The translations under genes and the position numbers were made by a program. The notes below the pieces were generated by a model, which worked only from the letters and a program-made list of their open reading frames with translations, was not told where the DNA came from and searched no databases. Of a stretch of 16,888 nucleotides of DNA, positions 1 through 8,210 are shown piece after piece (position 1 is the first letter of the stretch; each line of letters begins with the position of its first letter). The stretch lies in NCBI GenBank assembly GCA_043812655.1, contig JBDRLW010000033.1, positions 1 through 16,888 of the forward strand, read 5' to 3'. Origin of the DNA: a bacterium (GTDB taxonomy: Bacteria; Margulisbacteria; WOR-1; O2-12-FULL-45-9; XYB2-FULL-48-7).

Positions 1-1
1 G

Positions 2-892
2 TACAATATAATCATTTTTATCGTACATTCCGTCAAACGAATCAAGGTTATTGACCATTTTTTCCAGGGCTTCGGCCCTAGCCGCAAGGTCTTCCGATCT
101 TATTGCCGATTCTAAGTCCGTAACAAAAAAATATTCGGCTAGGTCGGCAACCCCAAGACCAGACAGCATCCCTTTGATATAAGCTTCACGAAAAGGGAGT
201 TCTTTCCCCTCCAAGACAAAATGGCCGGCTGATCTAATATATTGCCCTATCTTTTCTTCGTCATCATAATATTTTTCGGCGATCAAAGCGATCATTTTGC
301 CAAGGTTAAAAGGAGCTTCCGCGTGTATGTCGGCTAATATGTAAAGCAAAAGGTTGGCCTGGCTTTCGTTGTTTCCCGGTCTTTCTTTTGCCCCATATTC
401 ACAAAGAAATTTAACCTGGCCAGCCAAAGATAAGCTCCTGATATAAACATTAAACGCTTGCCGCGCCTGCTCATCGGTCAAGTCATCGCGGTCGATAAAT
501 TTTTGCGCTTCTTTCCTTTTGATCGGGACAAAAACCTCTTTTTCTTCCCCGATCCGGCCGACTATCGCGCTGATGACATTATCAACACTCCGTTCTTCAT
601 CGTGGCGAACTTTTATTCCCTTGGGAATACCTTCTTCCAGGAACTGCCGCAAAGCCGGCAGGTCTATTCTTTTCTCGTTTATCCCCATTTCCCCCAGGAG
701 ATCCGATCGTATCCCGATCCGGCCAGCCATAATTTCCAATAAGGAGACTTCCTGGTTCGCGGGCGACAAATATCCTTGCATCTTTCTCACCCTAATTTCT
801 TCCGGAAGTTGTGCCAACGGCTTAACCTTAAAAATCCTGGGAAACGGCCTGGGGATCTTTTCACGAATAAAATTGATCGGCTTAAAATTCAT
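2..892 (-). CDS. Hypothetical protein, 3'-truncated by the window edge (>=297 aa); paralog of the adjacent 909..1586 gene
   Basis: Not in the ORF track because its stop lies outside the window. Manual translation from ATG at 892 gives MNFKPINFIREKIPRPFPRIFKVKPLAQ...DGMYDKNDYIV with no stop. It starts 16 nt after the stop of 909..1586 on the same strand and shares an alignable domain with that protein. Confidence 0.85.
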   Translation of the reverse strand, partial: MNFKPINFIREKIPRPFPRIFKVKPLAQLPEEIRVRKMQGYLSPANQEVSLLEIMAGRIGIRSDLLGEMGINEKRIDLPALRQFLEEGIPKGIKVRHDEERSVDNVISAIVGRIGEEKEVFVPIKRKEAQKFIDRDDLTDEQARQAFNVYIRSLSLAGQVKFLCEYGAKERPGNNESQANLLLYILADIHAEAPFNLGKMIALIAEKYYDDEEKIGQYIRSAGHFVLEGKELPFREAYIKGMLSGLGVADLAEYFFVTDLESAIRSEDLAARAEALEKMVNNLDSFDGMYDKNDYIV

Positions 893-908
893 TTTGATAA
901 TTGTATAT

Positions 909-1586
909 TCAATTAGCGTTCTCCCGCTCGCTAATCAACATATTTACCCGGCGAATAAACTCCCGTTGACCAGGCGGTTCCGCGAAAAGGGAGCTTGCCA
1001 TATACGCGATTATATCTTGCCGCCTTGGTCTATCATCATTATGTAAATTCAAAGCGACAACCATGGCAAACTGCGACTGATACTCAACTAAAGGGCCAGA
1101 ATCTTGCAGATGCTTGATTATTGCTCCAATGATGTTTTCAACATCAGGGCCGTTTTCATTAATTATCCGGTTGAGCTCGTGGAGGCTTTTTCTCTCTCCC
1201 AACACCGACATCACGCCGCTTAAATATGAACTAACTTCAGGCTTAGGGACCCGGTTGTTGGTAATCCGGCCATAAATATAGCCTCCTGCTTTTTCCGCGT
1301 ATTCCAGTTGTTCATCAATATCGCCAGGGAAAAGCCGTTCCGAAAGGGCGGCAACGCATATCCCCATTTCCACTCCGTCAAATTCCAGCTCTTTGACTAC
1401 CATGATCAACCAGTTCTCTTGTTGTATTTTACTATTGGGATGAGTCGTTAACGCTTCTGCCATTAAAATCTTTATTTTCTCCTGAAACGTTGATCTTTTC
1501 ACGCGGGCCAAAAATCCCCTACCAGGCATTAACATCGCCTCTCTGTTCATTGTGTAGGCCGGCTTCGGGTATATTTTATACGCCAT
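909..1586 (-). CDS. Hypothetical protein (225 aa), predicted helical
   Basis: Long ORF with purine-rich RBS (AAGGAGAAGAGAAGAG) upstream; no recognised family motif; alignable by eye to the 2..892 product. Confidence 0.85.
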   Translation of the reverse strand: MAYKIYPKPAYTMNREAMLMPGRGFLARVKRSTFQEKIKILMAEALTTHPNSKIQQENWLIMVVKELEFDGVEMGICVAALSERLFPGDIDEQLEYAEKAGGYIYGRITNNRVPKPEVSSYLSGVMSVLGERKSLHELNRIINENGPDVENIIGAIIKHLQDSGPLVEYQSQFAMVVALNLHNDDRPRRQDIIAYMASSLFAEPPGQREFIRRVNMLISERENAN

Positions 1587-1634
1587 AGACTCTTCTCTTC
1601 TCCTTTACGGGGTTAGTTCCCCCTGCTATAATTT

Positions 1635-1661
1635 ATATCGATAGTTTTGGAGGAAATTTCA
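1635..1661 (-). promoter_or_regulatory. Putative sigma28-like promoter, copy 1 (TGAAATTTC-N10-ATCGATAT), facing 909..1586
   Basis: Minus strand reads TGAAATTTCctccaaaactATCGATAT; the same motif recurs at 10807 and 14897; overlaps the RBS/start of the divergent dut. Confidence 0.55.
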
Positions 1662-2104
1662 TGTTAAAAGTCCAAGTTAAGGTCTTACCGCACGGAAAAG
1701 AGCTCCCTTTGCCAAAATATATGAGCATCCATGCCGCCGGGATGGACCTCTACGCCGCGGTTGAGAAGGACCTGATAATCCCGTCCGGCGAGTGGAAGCT
1801 TGTCCCGACTGGCCTGGCAATTGCTCTACCTGATGGTTATGAAGCGCAGGTGCGGCCGCGGTCTGGTTTGGCGCTCAAACAAGGCGTTTCTGTCCTTAAT
1901 ACGCCAGGAACCGTCGACGCCGATTACCGGGGTGAAGTTGGGGTGATCCTGATGAACCACAGTAAAGGTGATTTGATCGTTAAACGCGGCGACCGGATCG
2001 CCCAGATGATCATCAACAAATACGAACGGATCGTTTTTGAGGAAGTGGCTGAATTGCCAGCTTCAGAGCGAGGAGCTGGAGGGTTTGGGCATACTGGGAA
2101 GTAA
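1661..2104 (+). CDS. dut: dUTP diphosphatase (trimeric dUTPase)
   Basis: dUTPase motifs [26 protein letters not shown] and C-terminal [18 protein letters not shown]. Confidence 0.98.
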   Translation: MLKVQVKVLPHGKELPLPKYMSIHAAGMDLYAAVEKDLIIPSGEWKLVPTGLAIALPDGYEAQVRPRSGLALKQGVSVLNTPGTVDADYRGEVGVILMNHSKGDLIVKRGDRIAQMIINKYERIVFEEVAELPASERGAGGFGHTGK

Positions 2105-2185
2105 TGAAAAATGAAGGTAAAATTCTGAATTATATGCCGAAGGCATTCCTTCATTTTTAATTAAGTCATTTTTCATTTTTCATTA
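2102..2185. repeat. Intergenic inverted repeat with 7-nt periodic arms and a central mini-hairpin
   Basis: TAATGAAAAATGAA (2102-2115) is the exact reverse complement of TTCATTTTTCATTA (2172-2185); central ATGCC-GAA-GGCAT (2134-2146). Confidence 0.75.
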
Positions 2186-2205
2186 ATCAGTTAAGGAGGA
2201 AAATC

Positions 2206-2862
2206 ATGATAAAGGTCATAGTTAACGGCGCTAAAGGAAAGATGGGGCTTGAGACGGTAAAAGCGGTCGGGAAAGAAGCGGACCTAAAATTAGTCGCGCA
2301 GACCGACGCGGGAGATGACTTAGCCAGCGAGATCAAAAAGAGCGGCGCCAAAGTTGTCGTCGACTTCACCCAGCCTAAAGTGGTTATGGAAAACATCCGG
2401 ACGATTTTAAATAGCGGGGTCCATGGAGTGATCGGCACGACGGGAATTAGCCCAGCAGACTTAGAAGAGATCAAAAAACTATGCGAGAAAAATAAAGTTA
2501 ATTGCCTGGTCGCGCCAAACTTCGCGGTCGGGGCCGTCTTGATGATGAAGTTCGCCAGTGAAGCGATCAAACATCTGCCCAGCGCCGAGATCATCGAGTT
2601 CCACCACGAGACCAAGGTAGATAAACCGTCGGGAACGGCGGTGAAGACCGCCCATTTAATGGGAAAAGAGATCCCGATCCATTCCGTCCGCTTGCCGGGA
2701 TTAGTCGCCCACCAAGAAGTGATCTTTGGCGGGTTGGGGCAGACGCTGACGATCAGGCACGATACGATCAACCGGGAATCTTTTATGCCCGGCGTGGTAC
2801 TGGCGATCCGCAAGATCAAAAGCTTAAGCGGGCTGGTTTATGGCCTCGAACACCTACTATAA
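2206..2862 (+). CDS. dapB: 4-hydroxy-tetrahydrodipicolinate reductase
   Basis: N-terminal GAKGKMG Rossmann motif, VDFT, IGTTG, APNF, EFHHETKVDKPSGTA catalytic segment, HSVR; AAGGAGG RBS. Confidence 0.97.
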   Translation: MIKVIVNGAKGKMGLETVKAVGKEADLKLVAQTDAGDDLASEIKKSGAKVVVDFTQPKVVMENIRTILNSGVHGVIGTTGISPADLEEIKKLCEKNKVNCLVAPNFAVGAVLMMKFASEAIKHLPSAEIIEFHHETKVDKPSGTAVKTAHLMGKEIPIHSVRLPGLVAHQEVIFGGLGQTLTIRHDTINRESFMPGVVLAIRKIKSLSGLVYGLEHLL

Positions 2863-3325
2863 AGTCGCGGCGGATAATAGGAAGGCCCGCTTTGATTACG
2901 CGATCATTGAAGTCTATAAGGCTGGGCTAGTCTTGACCGGAAATGAGGTAAAGTCGATCCGCCTGGGACGCCTCAACCTGCAAGACAGTTTTGGCCGGGT
3001 CGAGAATGGCGAAGTCTGGCTCTATCATATCCACATCACCCCCTATTCTTCCGCCGACGTCAATAAGATCGATCCGCTAAGACGCCGCAAAGTCTTGCTG
3101 CAAAAAAGAGAAATGCTGAAATTGATCGGCAAAGTGGCCGAAAAAGGATTGACACTAATTCCTCTTAAGGTATACTTTGAAGGAAATTGGGCGAAGGTTG
3201 ACCTAGCCTTGGCCAAAGCGAAAAGGAAATACGAGAAGCGTGATACAATTAGACGTAAAACAGTTGAAAGAGAAATTGAGGCAGCTTTTAAAGGAAAAAA
3301 TAATGCCCACAAATCTAGACAATAA
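2840..3325 (+). CDS. smpB: SsrA-binding protein SmpB
   Basis: NRKARFDY, AGLVLTGNEVKSIR, R.RK.LL...E, GLTLIPLKVYF, K.KYEKR motifs; tmRNA lies just downstream. Confidence 0.97.
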   Translation: MASNTYYKVAADNRKARFDYAIIEVYKAGLVLTGNEVKSIRLGRLNLQDSFGRVENGEVWLYHIHITPYSSADVNKIDPLRRRKVLLQKREMLKLIGKVAEKGLTLIPLKVYFEGNWAKVDLALAKAKRKYEKRDTIRRKTVEREIEAAFKGKNNAHKSRQ

Positions 3326-3488
3326 AAAATATACCGTCGCCGACCTTTACGCCGAAGCGGAAAAGTTGGTCCGCGGTGAAATGGCCGGGATCAAAAAGAG
3401 CGAATTGACGGAAACAGAAAATAAAAAGAGCCAAGAATTGGCCAAAGCTATTTCTAAAATGGTCCTCAAGGAGATGAAACTGGTATGA
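3303..3488 (+). CDS. Small hypothetical protein (61 aa, MPTNLDNKKY...)
   Basis: ATG at 3303 with AAGGA upstream; overlaps the smpB end by 23 nt and the next gene by ATGA; charged helical composition. Confidence 0.7.
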   Translation: MPTNLDNKKYTVADLYAEAEKLVRGEMAGIKKSELTETENKKSQELAKAISKMVLKEMKLV

Positions 3489-3949
3489 GCATTAACGTCC
3501 CGGGCGACAAACCGTTCACCCCGCCGATCAATCCCAAAGGGCTGCAGCCGGAGGTCAAGCCGGAAGAAAAGCTCGTCCAAAAACCGGCCGTCCAACAGCC
3601 GGCCAGGCCGGGGATCGGACGCGGTCCCGAGCTTGACACCCACGCCCTCTCGACCCGGATGGCGATCATCGCGGCTGAAGCTAAAGAAAAAGAGCTGAAG
3701 TTTGAAGACATTATCGACCGCGTCATCCAGGAGACCGGGACGACCAACCCGCAAGGGGCGATGGAAGAGGCTAGTAAGCGCAAGCAAAAAGAGATCGAAG
3801 ACGAGATCATCGCGATCAAAGAGAACAAGGAATTAATGGACGACGCCGAGAGCTGGCACATGTTGGAGGAAATGTTATTAAATATGAACGAGGATCAAGC
3901 GAACGGCTTTTTATCGTTATTACAGGAAGCAGTGCACGGTTTCATTTAA
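3485..3949 (+). CDS. Hypothetical protein (154 aa), Pro-rich N-terminus and acidic helical C-terminus
   Basis: ATGA coupling to the upstream ORF; AAGGAG upstream; codon style like neighbouring core genes. Confidence 0.85.
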   Translation: MSINVPGDKPFTPPINPKGLQPEVKPEEKLVQKPAVQQPARPGIGRGPELDTHALSTRMAIIAAEAKEKELKFEDIIDRVIQETGTTNPQGAMEEASKRKQKEIEDEIIAIKENKELMDDAESWHMLEEMLLNMNEDQANGFLSLLQEAVHGFI

Positions 3950-3950
3950 T

Positions 3951-4100
3951 AAATTCCAAATTACAAGCACCAAACTACAAACAATACCAAAATATCAAAT
4001 CGCAATATTAAAAGGTTTTTATTTGATGTTTTTGATTTAAATATTTAGATTTATTTGTAATTTGGAACTTGTTATTTGTTATTTCCCGCCGCAAGGCGGG
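3951..4100. repeat. AT-rich imperfect inverted repeat of 7-mers followed by a GC hairpin
   Basis: Left arm AAATTCC AAATTAC AAGCACC AAACTAC; right arm GTAATTT GGAACTT GTTATTT GTTATTT; perfect 13-bp pair 3954-3966/4055-4067; hairpin CCCGCC-GCAA-GGCGGG at 4085-4100. Confidence 0.75.
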
Positions 4101-4105
4101 CGCGT

Positions 4106-4527
4106 GGGGCTGTAAGGGTTTTGACGGGGAGTTGTGGCCGCGGAAGCTGCGAGCCGAGGATGTCATCTCACCTCGTAAATCAAGATGGCAAATTTTAAGT
4201 GCAAACACACCTGCACAAGCGTTTGGGAGTCTCAAGAACCTGATGGCTAGCGTCATCTGGACTGAAACCCCAGCGTTAGCTCTCGCTTAATAAAATAAGC
4301 GGGACCGCCTTCCGGGTTCGCCGATAGGTCCGGGGTTAGGCGTTATTTTGTCGGCTACGTAACTTGTTTTTTCTGGTTGGCAGGCTACAAAGTAAAAGAC
4401 ATCGGATAGCTTAAGAAATTCCTCGTTTCAGGTCAAATCTTAAGCGAACTTTTAATTGAAGCTACGCTCGTAGCGGCTTTCGGGGTTGCCTTTCCGGACA
4501 GGGGTTCGACTCCCCTCAGCTCCACCA
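4106..4527 (+). ncRNA. ssrA: tmRNA, one-piece, 422 nt; tag ANTPAQAFGSLKNLMASVIWTETPALALA (4201-4290)
   Basis: 5' GGGGCTG pairs with 3' CAGCTCC-ACCA including the G3-U alanine determinant; TTGAC in the D-region; T-arm GGGG-TTCGACT-CCCC; pk1 (CGAGG/CCTCG, TGTCATCT/AGATGGCA) precedes the GCA resume codon; tag ends ALA with tandem TAA TAA; smpB nearby. Confidence 0.97.
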
Positions 4528-4583
4528 TTTTATTTAATCTTCCACTTGCCAAAAGCAGAACAAATATAGGATAATAGGCTCAA

Positions 4584-6129
4584 ATGACTACTCGTCCTCG
4601 CAGAAGTAGCTTAACTTTAGATATTTTAAATGTTGCAAAAAAAATGACATTAAAAGCAAAGCTGCAAGAAAGCGAAATCCTTTACCGGAGGCTGGTCGAA
4701 CTTTCACCCGAAGGCGTTGCCATCTATAGCGGCGGCAAAATCGTTTTCGCCAACGGCGCGGCCGCCAATCTGCTCGGCGCGACCAGTCCTGAAGAGCTGG
4801 CCGGCCAGCCGTTAATGGGCTTCATCCATTCAAGCAGTCAAAAAAGCTTTTCGGAGCGGGCAGAAAAAATGCTGGCCGAGGGAATCCCAATGCCGTCGGC
4901 GGAAGAGACCTTTGTCCGCTTGGACGGCGCTTCAATTTTGTTAGAGACCGCGGCTACTCCGCTAAACTATAAAGACCATCCCGCGATCATGCTTTTGGTC
5001 CGTGATATTTCCGGGTTGCGCGAATCTGAAAATCGGCTGCGGCTCATCTTTAATTCTACGGTCAACGTCATGATCCAGCTTAATAATGAAGGGGAGATCA
5101 TTGATATTAACGACAAAGGCTTATCTTTTCTGGCTGAAGACAAAAATAATGTTGTCGGTAAAAATCTGGCGGCTTTTAGCCATTTTTTTACGGAAGGAAG
5201 CCTTGAGCTTATCCTAAAAAAATTCGCCGCCAAGGATATCGGCCAGGGGGTCAAGCCTTACGTTGTAGAAGCGAACGATAAAAACGGCCGCCAGTTGTTC
5301 TTTGAGCTGAGCGCCGCGATCCTAAGCGATCAAAACAATAATGTCACCGGAGAATTGATCGTCCTGCACGACATAACTGAAAACTTAAGGTTCATGGAGA
5401 AAATAAAAGAAAAGAACCAAGAGCTGGAACAACTATACAAAATTAAAAGTGATTTCACCACCTCTATTACCCACGAGCTCCGAACTCCGCTGACCCCGCT
5501 CAAAGAAGGGATCGGCCTGATCTTAGATGAAACAATGGGCCCGCTCAATGAGAAACAAAAACACTTGCTGTCTTTAGCCAAGCGAAACATTGATCGCCTC
5601 TACCGCTTGATCATTAATATCCTTGATTTTGCCAAACTCGAACAAAGTAAAATGACCTTCAATTTACAAGAAAATGACCTGCTCCGGATCATTAAGGAAT
5701 GCGCTGAAAGCTTAAACGGCACTTTTGATAGTCGAGGCCTATACCTAAGAACCGACTTGCCGGCCGACCTGCCGGCTTTTAACTTTGACTCCGACCGGAT
5801 CACCCAAGTTATCTTTAACCTTCTGGATAATGCCCTTAAGTTCACCGAAAAAGGGGGGGATCACTGTCACCCTTACCCCTCAAGTGAAGCAACAAATGGT
5901 CGAGGTTTGCGTGGCGGATACAGGCAAAGGTTTTTCCAACAAAGACCAGGAGCGGGTATTTGAAAAATATGTCCAACTAAGCGATAAAGTAAAAGGGAAG
6001 ATCAGCGGCACCGGCCTGGGACTAACGATCTGCCAAGAGATCATCAAGCATCATGGCGGCAAGATCTGGTCCATGTCGCAGCCTGGCAAAGGGAGCAAGT
6101 TCTTTTTCACTTTGCCGACAAACCGATGA
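4584..6129 (+). pseudogene. Cytoplasmic PAS-PAS sensor histidine kinase interrupted by a +1 frameshift (514 aa if repaired); may be a sequencing error
   Basis: Frame 4584..5963 has two PAS domains, H-box ITHELRTPL and N-box NLLDNALKFT. Frame 5785..6129 carries the rest of the HATPase (VADTGKG, RVFEKY, GTGLGLTIC, GKGSKFFF). Deleting one G from G7 (5853-5859) joins them as ...KFTEKGGITV.... Confidence 0.85.
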
Positions 6130-6135
6130 AAGGAG

Positions 6136-6510
6136 ATGAAAATGAAAAAAACTATTTTGTTGATTGACGATGAATCCGATATTATTATGGTCACGACCGT
6201 CCGCTTGGAAAACGCCGGCTATCAGGTGTTAACAGCCAAAGATGGAGAGGACGGGTTAAGCATGGCTAAAAAGGCTAAGCCAGACCTGATCCTGCTAGAC
6301 CTATTATTGCCAAAGATGAGAGGCGAAGAGGTCTGTAAGATACTTAAGTCTGATCCGGAATTCAAACAGATCCCGATCATCCTTTTTACCGCTAGCCAAG
6401 CAGGAAAGGTAGAAGACGTCGCTAAAAACACTGGCGCCGATAGCTATATTTTAAAACCATTCGAGTCCGACACCCTTATGGCAAAGATCAAGGAATTTCT
6501 TCCCGTATAA
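6136..6510 (+). CDS. Single-domain response regulator (receiver)
   Basis: LLIDDE, PDLILLD (phospho-Asp), FTA, YILKPF; AAGGAG RBS directly after the kinase stop. Confidence 0.95.
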   Translation: MKMKKTILLIDDESDIIMVTTVRLENAGYQVLTAKDGEDGLSMAKKAKPDLILLDLLLPKMRGEEVCKILKSDPEFKQIPIILFTASQAGKVEDVAKNTGADSYILKPFESDTLMAKIKEFLPV

Positions 6511-6511
6511 C

Positions 6512-7003
6512 CTATTCACTCAGCCAAGCGGGCGGGGTTTCTTCTGACTCGCTGTTTTCCTCCGGCGCGGTTGTGGCTGGTTTTGTTTTTTTAACCGCTT
6601 TAGCTTTCGCTATCGCCTTTTCTTTCTCGCTAAGTTTACGCCTCATTTCTTTCATGTCCTCGGCGTATTTTTTCTTCAGCGCGGCCAATTCTTCGGCCAG
6701 CTTAATTTTAACGCTAAGATCGACCGGTTGCGGCTTAATTGTCGTCGTTGCCTTGGAAACCATGCTTTCTTTTGTTGGAATGATTGGCGGCACAATGACC
6801 CGGGGTGCGCCTCTTTGTAAGATTTGCCACTTTTTCCCGTCCAGCTTCCAAGTCTTTCCGGTTTCGGTATCAAGCAAAACGGTCCTTTTTCCCCACCCAA
6901 AACCTGATCCCTTGTCCGAATAAATCTGAAATCGTCCGGCCGCGGCTAAAACTGAAGTAGCTAAAAATGCTATCGCCAATAATGAAACCACTGTCTTATT
7001 CAT
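6512..7003 (-). CDS. Exported hypothetical protein (signal peptide, small beta-rich domain, Lys-rich coiled coil)
   Basis: MNKTVVSLLAIAFLATSVLAA signal peptide; VLLDTETGKTW beta segment; AGGAGG RBS. Confidence 0.85.
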   Translation of the reverse strand: MNKTVVSLLAIAFLATSVLAAAGRFQIYSDKGSGFGWGKRTVLLDTETGKTWKLDGKKWQILQRGAPRVIVPPIIPTKESMVSKATTTIKPQPVDLSVKIKLAEELAALKKKYAEDMKEMRRKLSEKEKAIAKAKAVKKTKPATTAPEENSESEETPPAWLSE

Positions 7004-7041
7004 GATTGGCTCCTCCTGTACCCTATATTATCTCATGGATA

Positions 7042-8163
7042 TCACGGTTTGCCAAGCGCGTTAAAGGAGACAGAGTAGTCGTTCCTGGCGTTCCAGATCA
7101 GGTACCGTTCGATCTCCGCGTCTTTGCAGCCTTTAATTTGCTCAAGAATATAATTCGGGCCGTAGTTTGGAGACCTTAAGTTAAACCCTTGGATCCAAGG
7201 AACTAGGGCGACCGCTTCACCAGACAAGATCTCTTTTGCCCGGGCCACTCCCGCGTTCATAAAATAATATGGATAAGAGCCGGGATTGCCATAGCCGTCA
7301 TAACCGGCGTGAAAATGAGAAGGATAAAGCATCGGCGAGATAACGTCTAAATATGGAGCCATCCTTTTTAGGTCCTGGCCTAAAGCGGCGATGTCGTTTT
7401 TGCTCTGCCAAGCGGTGACGCCAAAAATATCGACTGCGATCGAGGTGTTATATTTTGTCAGGCGCTCTTTGACCCCCCGCAGGAATTCGCAAATGATATC
7501 AACCCTCGTAACCCCTTCTTTAATATGGGGATAAACCGCGTTCCTGGCTCCCCCTTCGGCCGGGAACCGGATATAATCAAATTGGACTTCATCAACTCCC
7601 GAAAGAGCGGCGGTCTCGGCTATTAATTCATTATATAACCTAACCTCGTCCGAGTAAGGATCGGCCCACTTCCCCCCTTTTAAGTCCCGGTAAAGACCCC
7701 CCCCCGCTACTTTCACGCCTAAATCTTGCCTGGCCAAAACTAAATGGTCGTCTTTTATTACTACGATCCTGGCTGAAACAATAAACCCCTCGTCGTGCAA
7801 TTCTTTGGTTAATTTTTTCAGCCAAGGATCAGCGGCCGCTTTTGTTCCCGGGGTTAGTTTTTTGTCTTTGATCAGCTCAAATAATGGTTTGGCAATTATT
7901 TCTTTAACGTCAATGACCAGCGTATTAATGCCGCTCTTTTTAGCCCCCGCCCGCAGCCTGCCAAAGCGGACCGGCAAATTAGCCATGGTGGCCGTAACAT
8001 AGACCCCTTTATCGGAGATGGTTTTCTTTTTAGGTAAGATCGTCTCGCCATTTGTCGTCTCTTCCGCCGTCCCCTCACCTCTCCCACGGACCAAAACGAT
8101 CCCAACGACCACGGCGATCAACAGCAAAATAGCTAGTAGGATAAAACGTTTTTTCATAACCAT
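7042..8163 (-). CDS. Putative glycoside hydrolase, DUF4015-like TIM barrel with N-terminal membrane anchor
   Basis: KGVYVT, NTLVIDVKE, W.DPY, GVDEVQFDYIRFP, DVISPMLYPSH, PWIQGF and WNARN.Y motifs. Start uncertain (8178 GTG, 8163 or 8157 ATG). Confidence 0.85.
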   Translation of the reverse strand: MVMKKRFILLAILLLIAVVVGIVLVRGRGEGTAEETTNGETILPKKKTISDKGVYVTATMANLPVRFGRLRAGAKKSGINTLVIDVKEIIAKPLFELIKDKKLTPGTKAAADPWLKKLTKELHDEGFIVSARIVVIKDDHLVLARQDLGVKVAGGGLYRDLKGGKWADPYSDEVRLYNELIAETAALSGVDEVQFDYIRFPAEGGARNAVYPHIKEGVTRVDIICEFLRGVKERLTKYNTSIAVDIFGVTAWQSKNDIAALGQDLKRMAPYLDVISPMLYPSHFHAGYDGYGNPGSYPYYFMNAGVARAKEILSGEAVALVPWIQGFNLRSPNYGPNYILEQIKGCKDAEIERYLIWNARNDYSVSFNALGKP

Positions 8164-8210
8164 CTTGTATTTTAACACACCCTATTGTATTATATATATG
8201 CGACTTATTA

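Noticed and set aside
458..1046. Plus-strand ORFs 458..742 and 519..1046
   Set aside because: Antisense shadows of the minus-strand genes 2..892 and 909..1586, which are supported by mutual paralogy.
2187..2819. 210-aa antisense ORF and similar shadows (3347..3787, 8406..8984, 10855..11346, 16032..16370 and others)
   Set aside because: They lie opposite or inside well-supported genes and show no motifs or RBS.
3951..4084. CRISPR array interpretation of the intergenic repeats
   Set aside because: Units are degenerate 7-mers without repeat-spacer structure, and there are no cas genes.
4085..4100. CCCGCC-GCAA-GGCGGG as a plus-strand intrinsic terminator
   Set aside because: No U-tract follows on + and it directly precedes the tmRNA; treated as part of the repeat element instead.
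4069..4290. 73-aa ORF (and antisense 4008..4256) as protein-coding genes
   Set aside because: They overlap the tmRNA; only 4201-4290 is meaningful, as the tag reading frame.
7697..7705. C9 tract (G9 on the coding strand) in the hydrolase gene as a phase-variation switch
   Set aside because: The frame is intact and the tract encodes Ala-Gly-Gly-Gly; no evidence of variation without reads.
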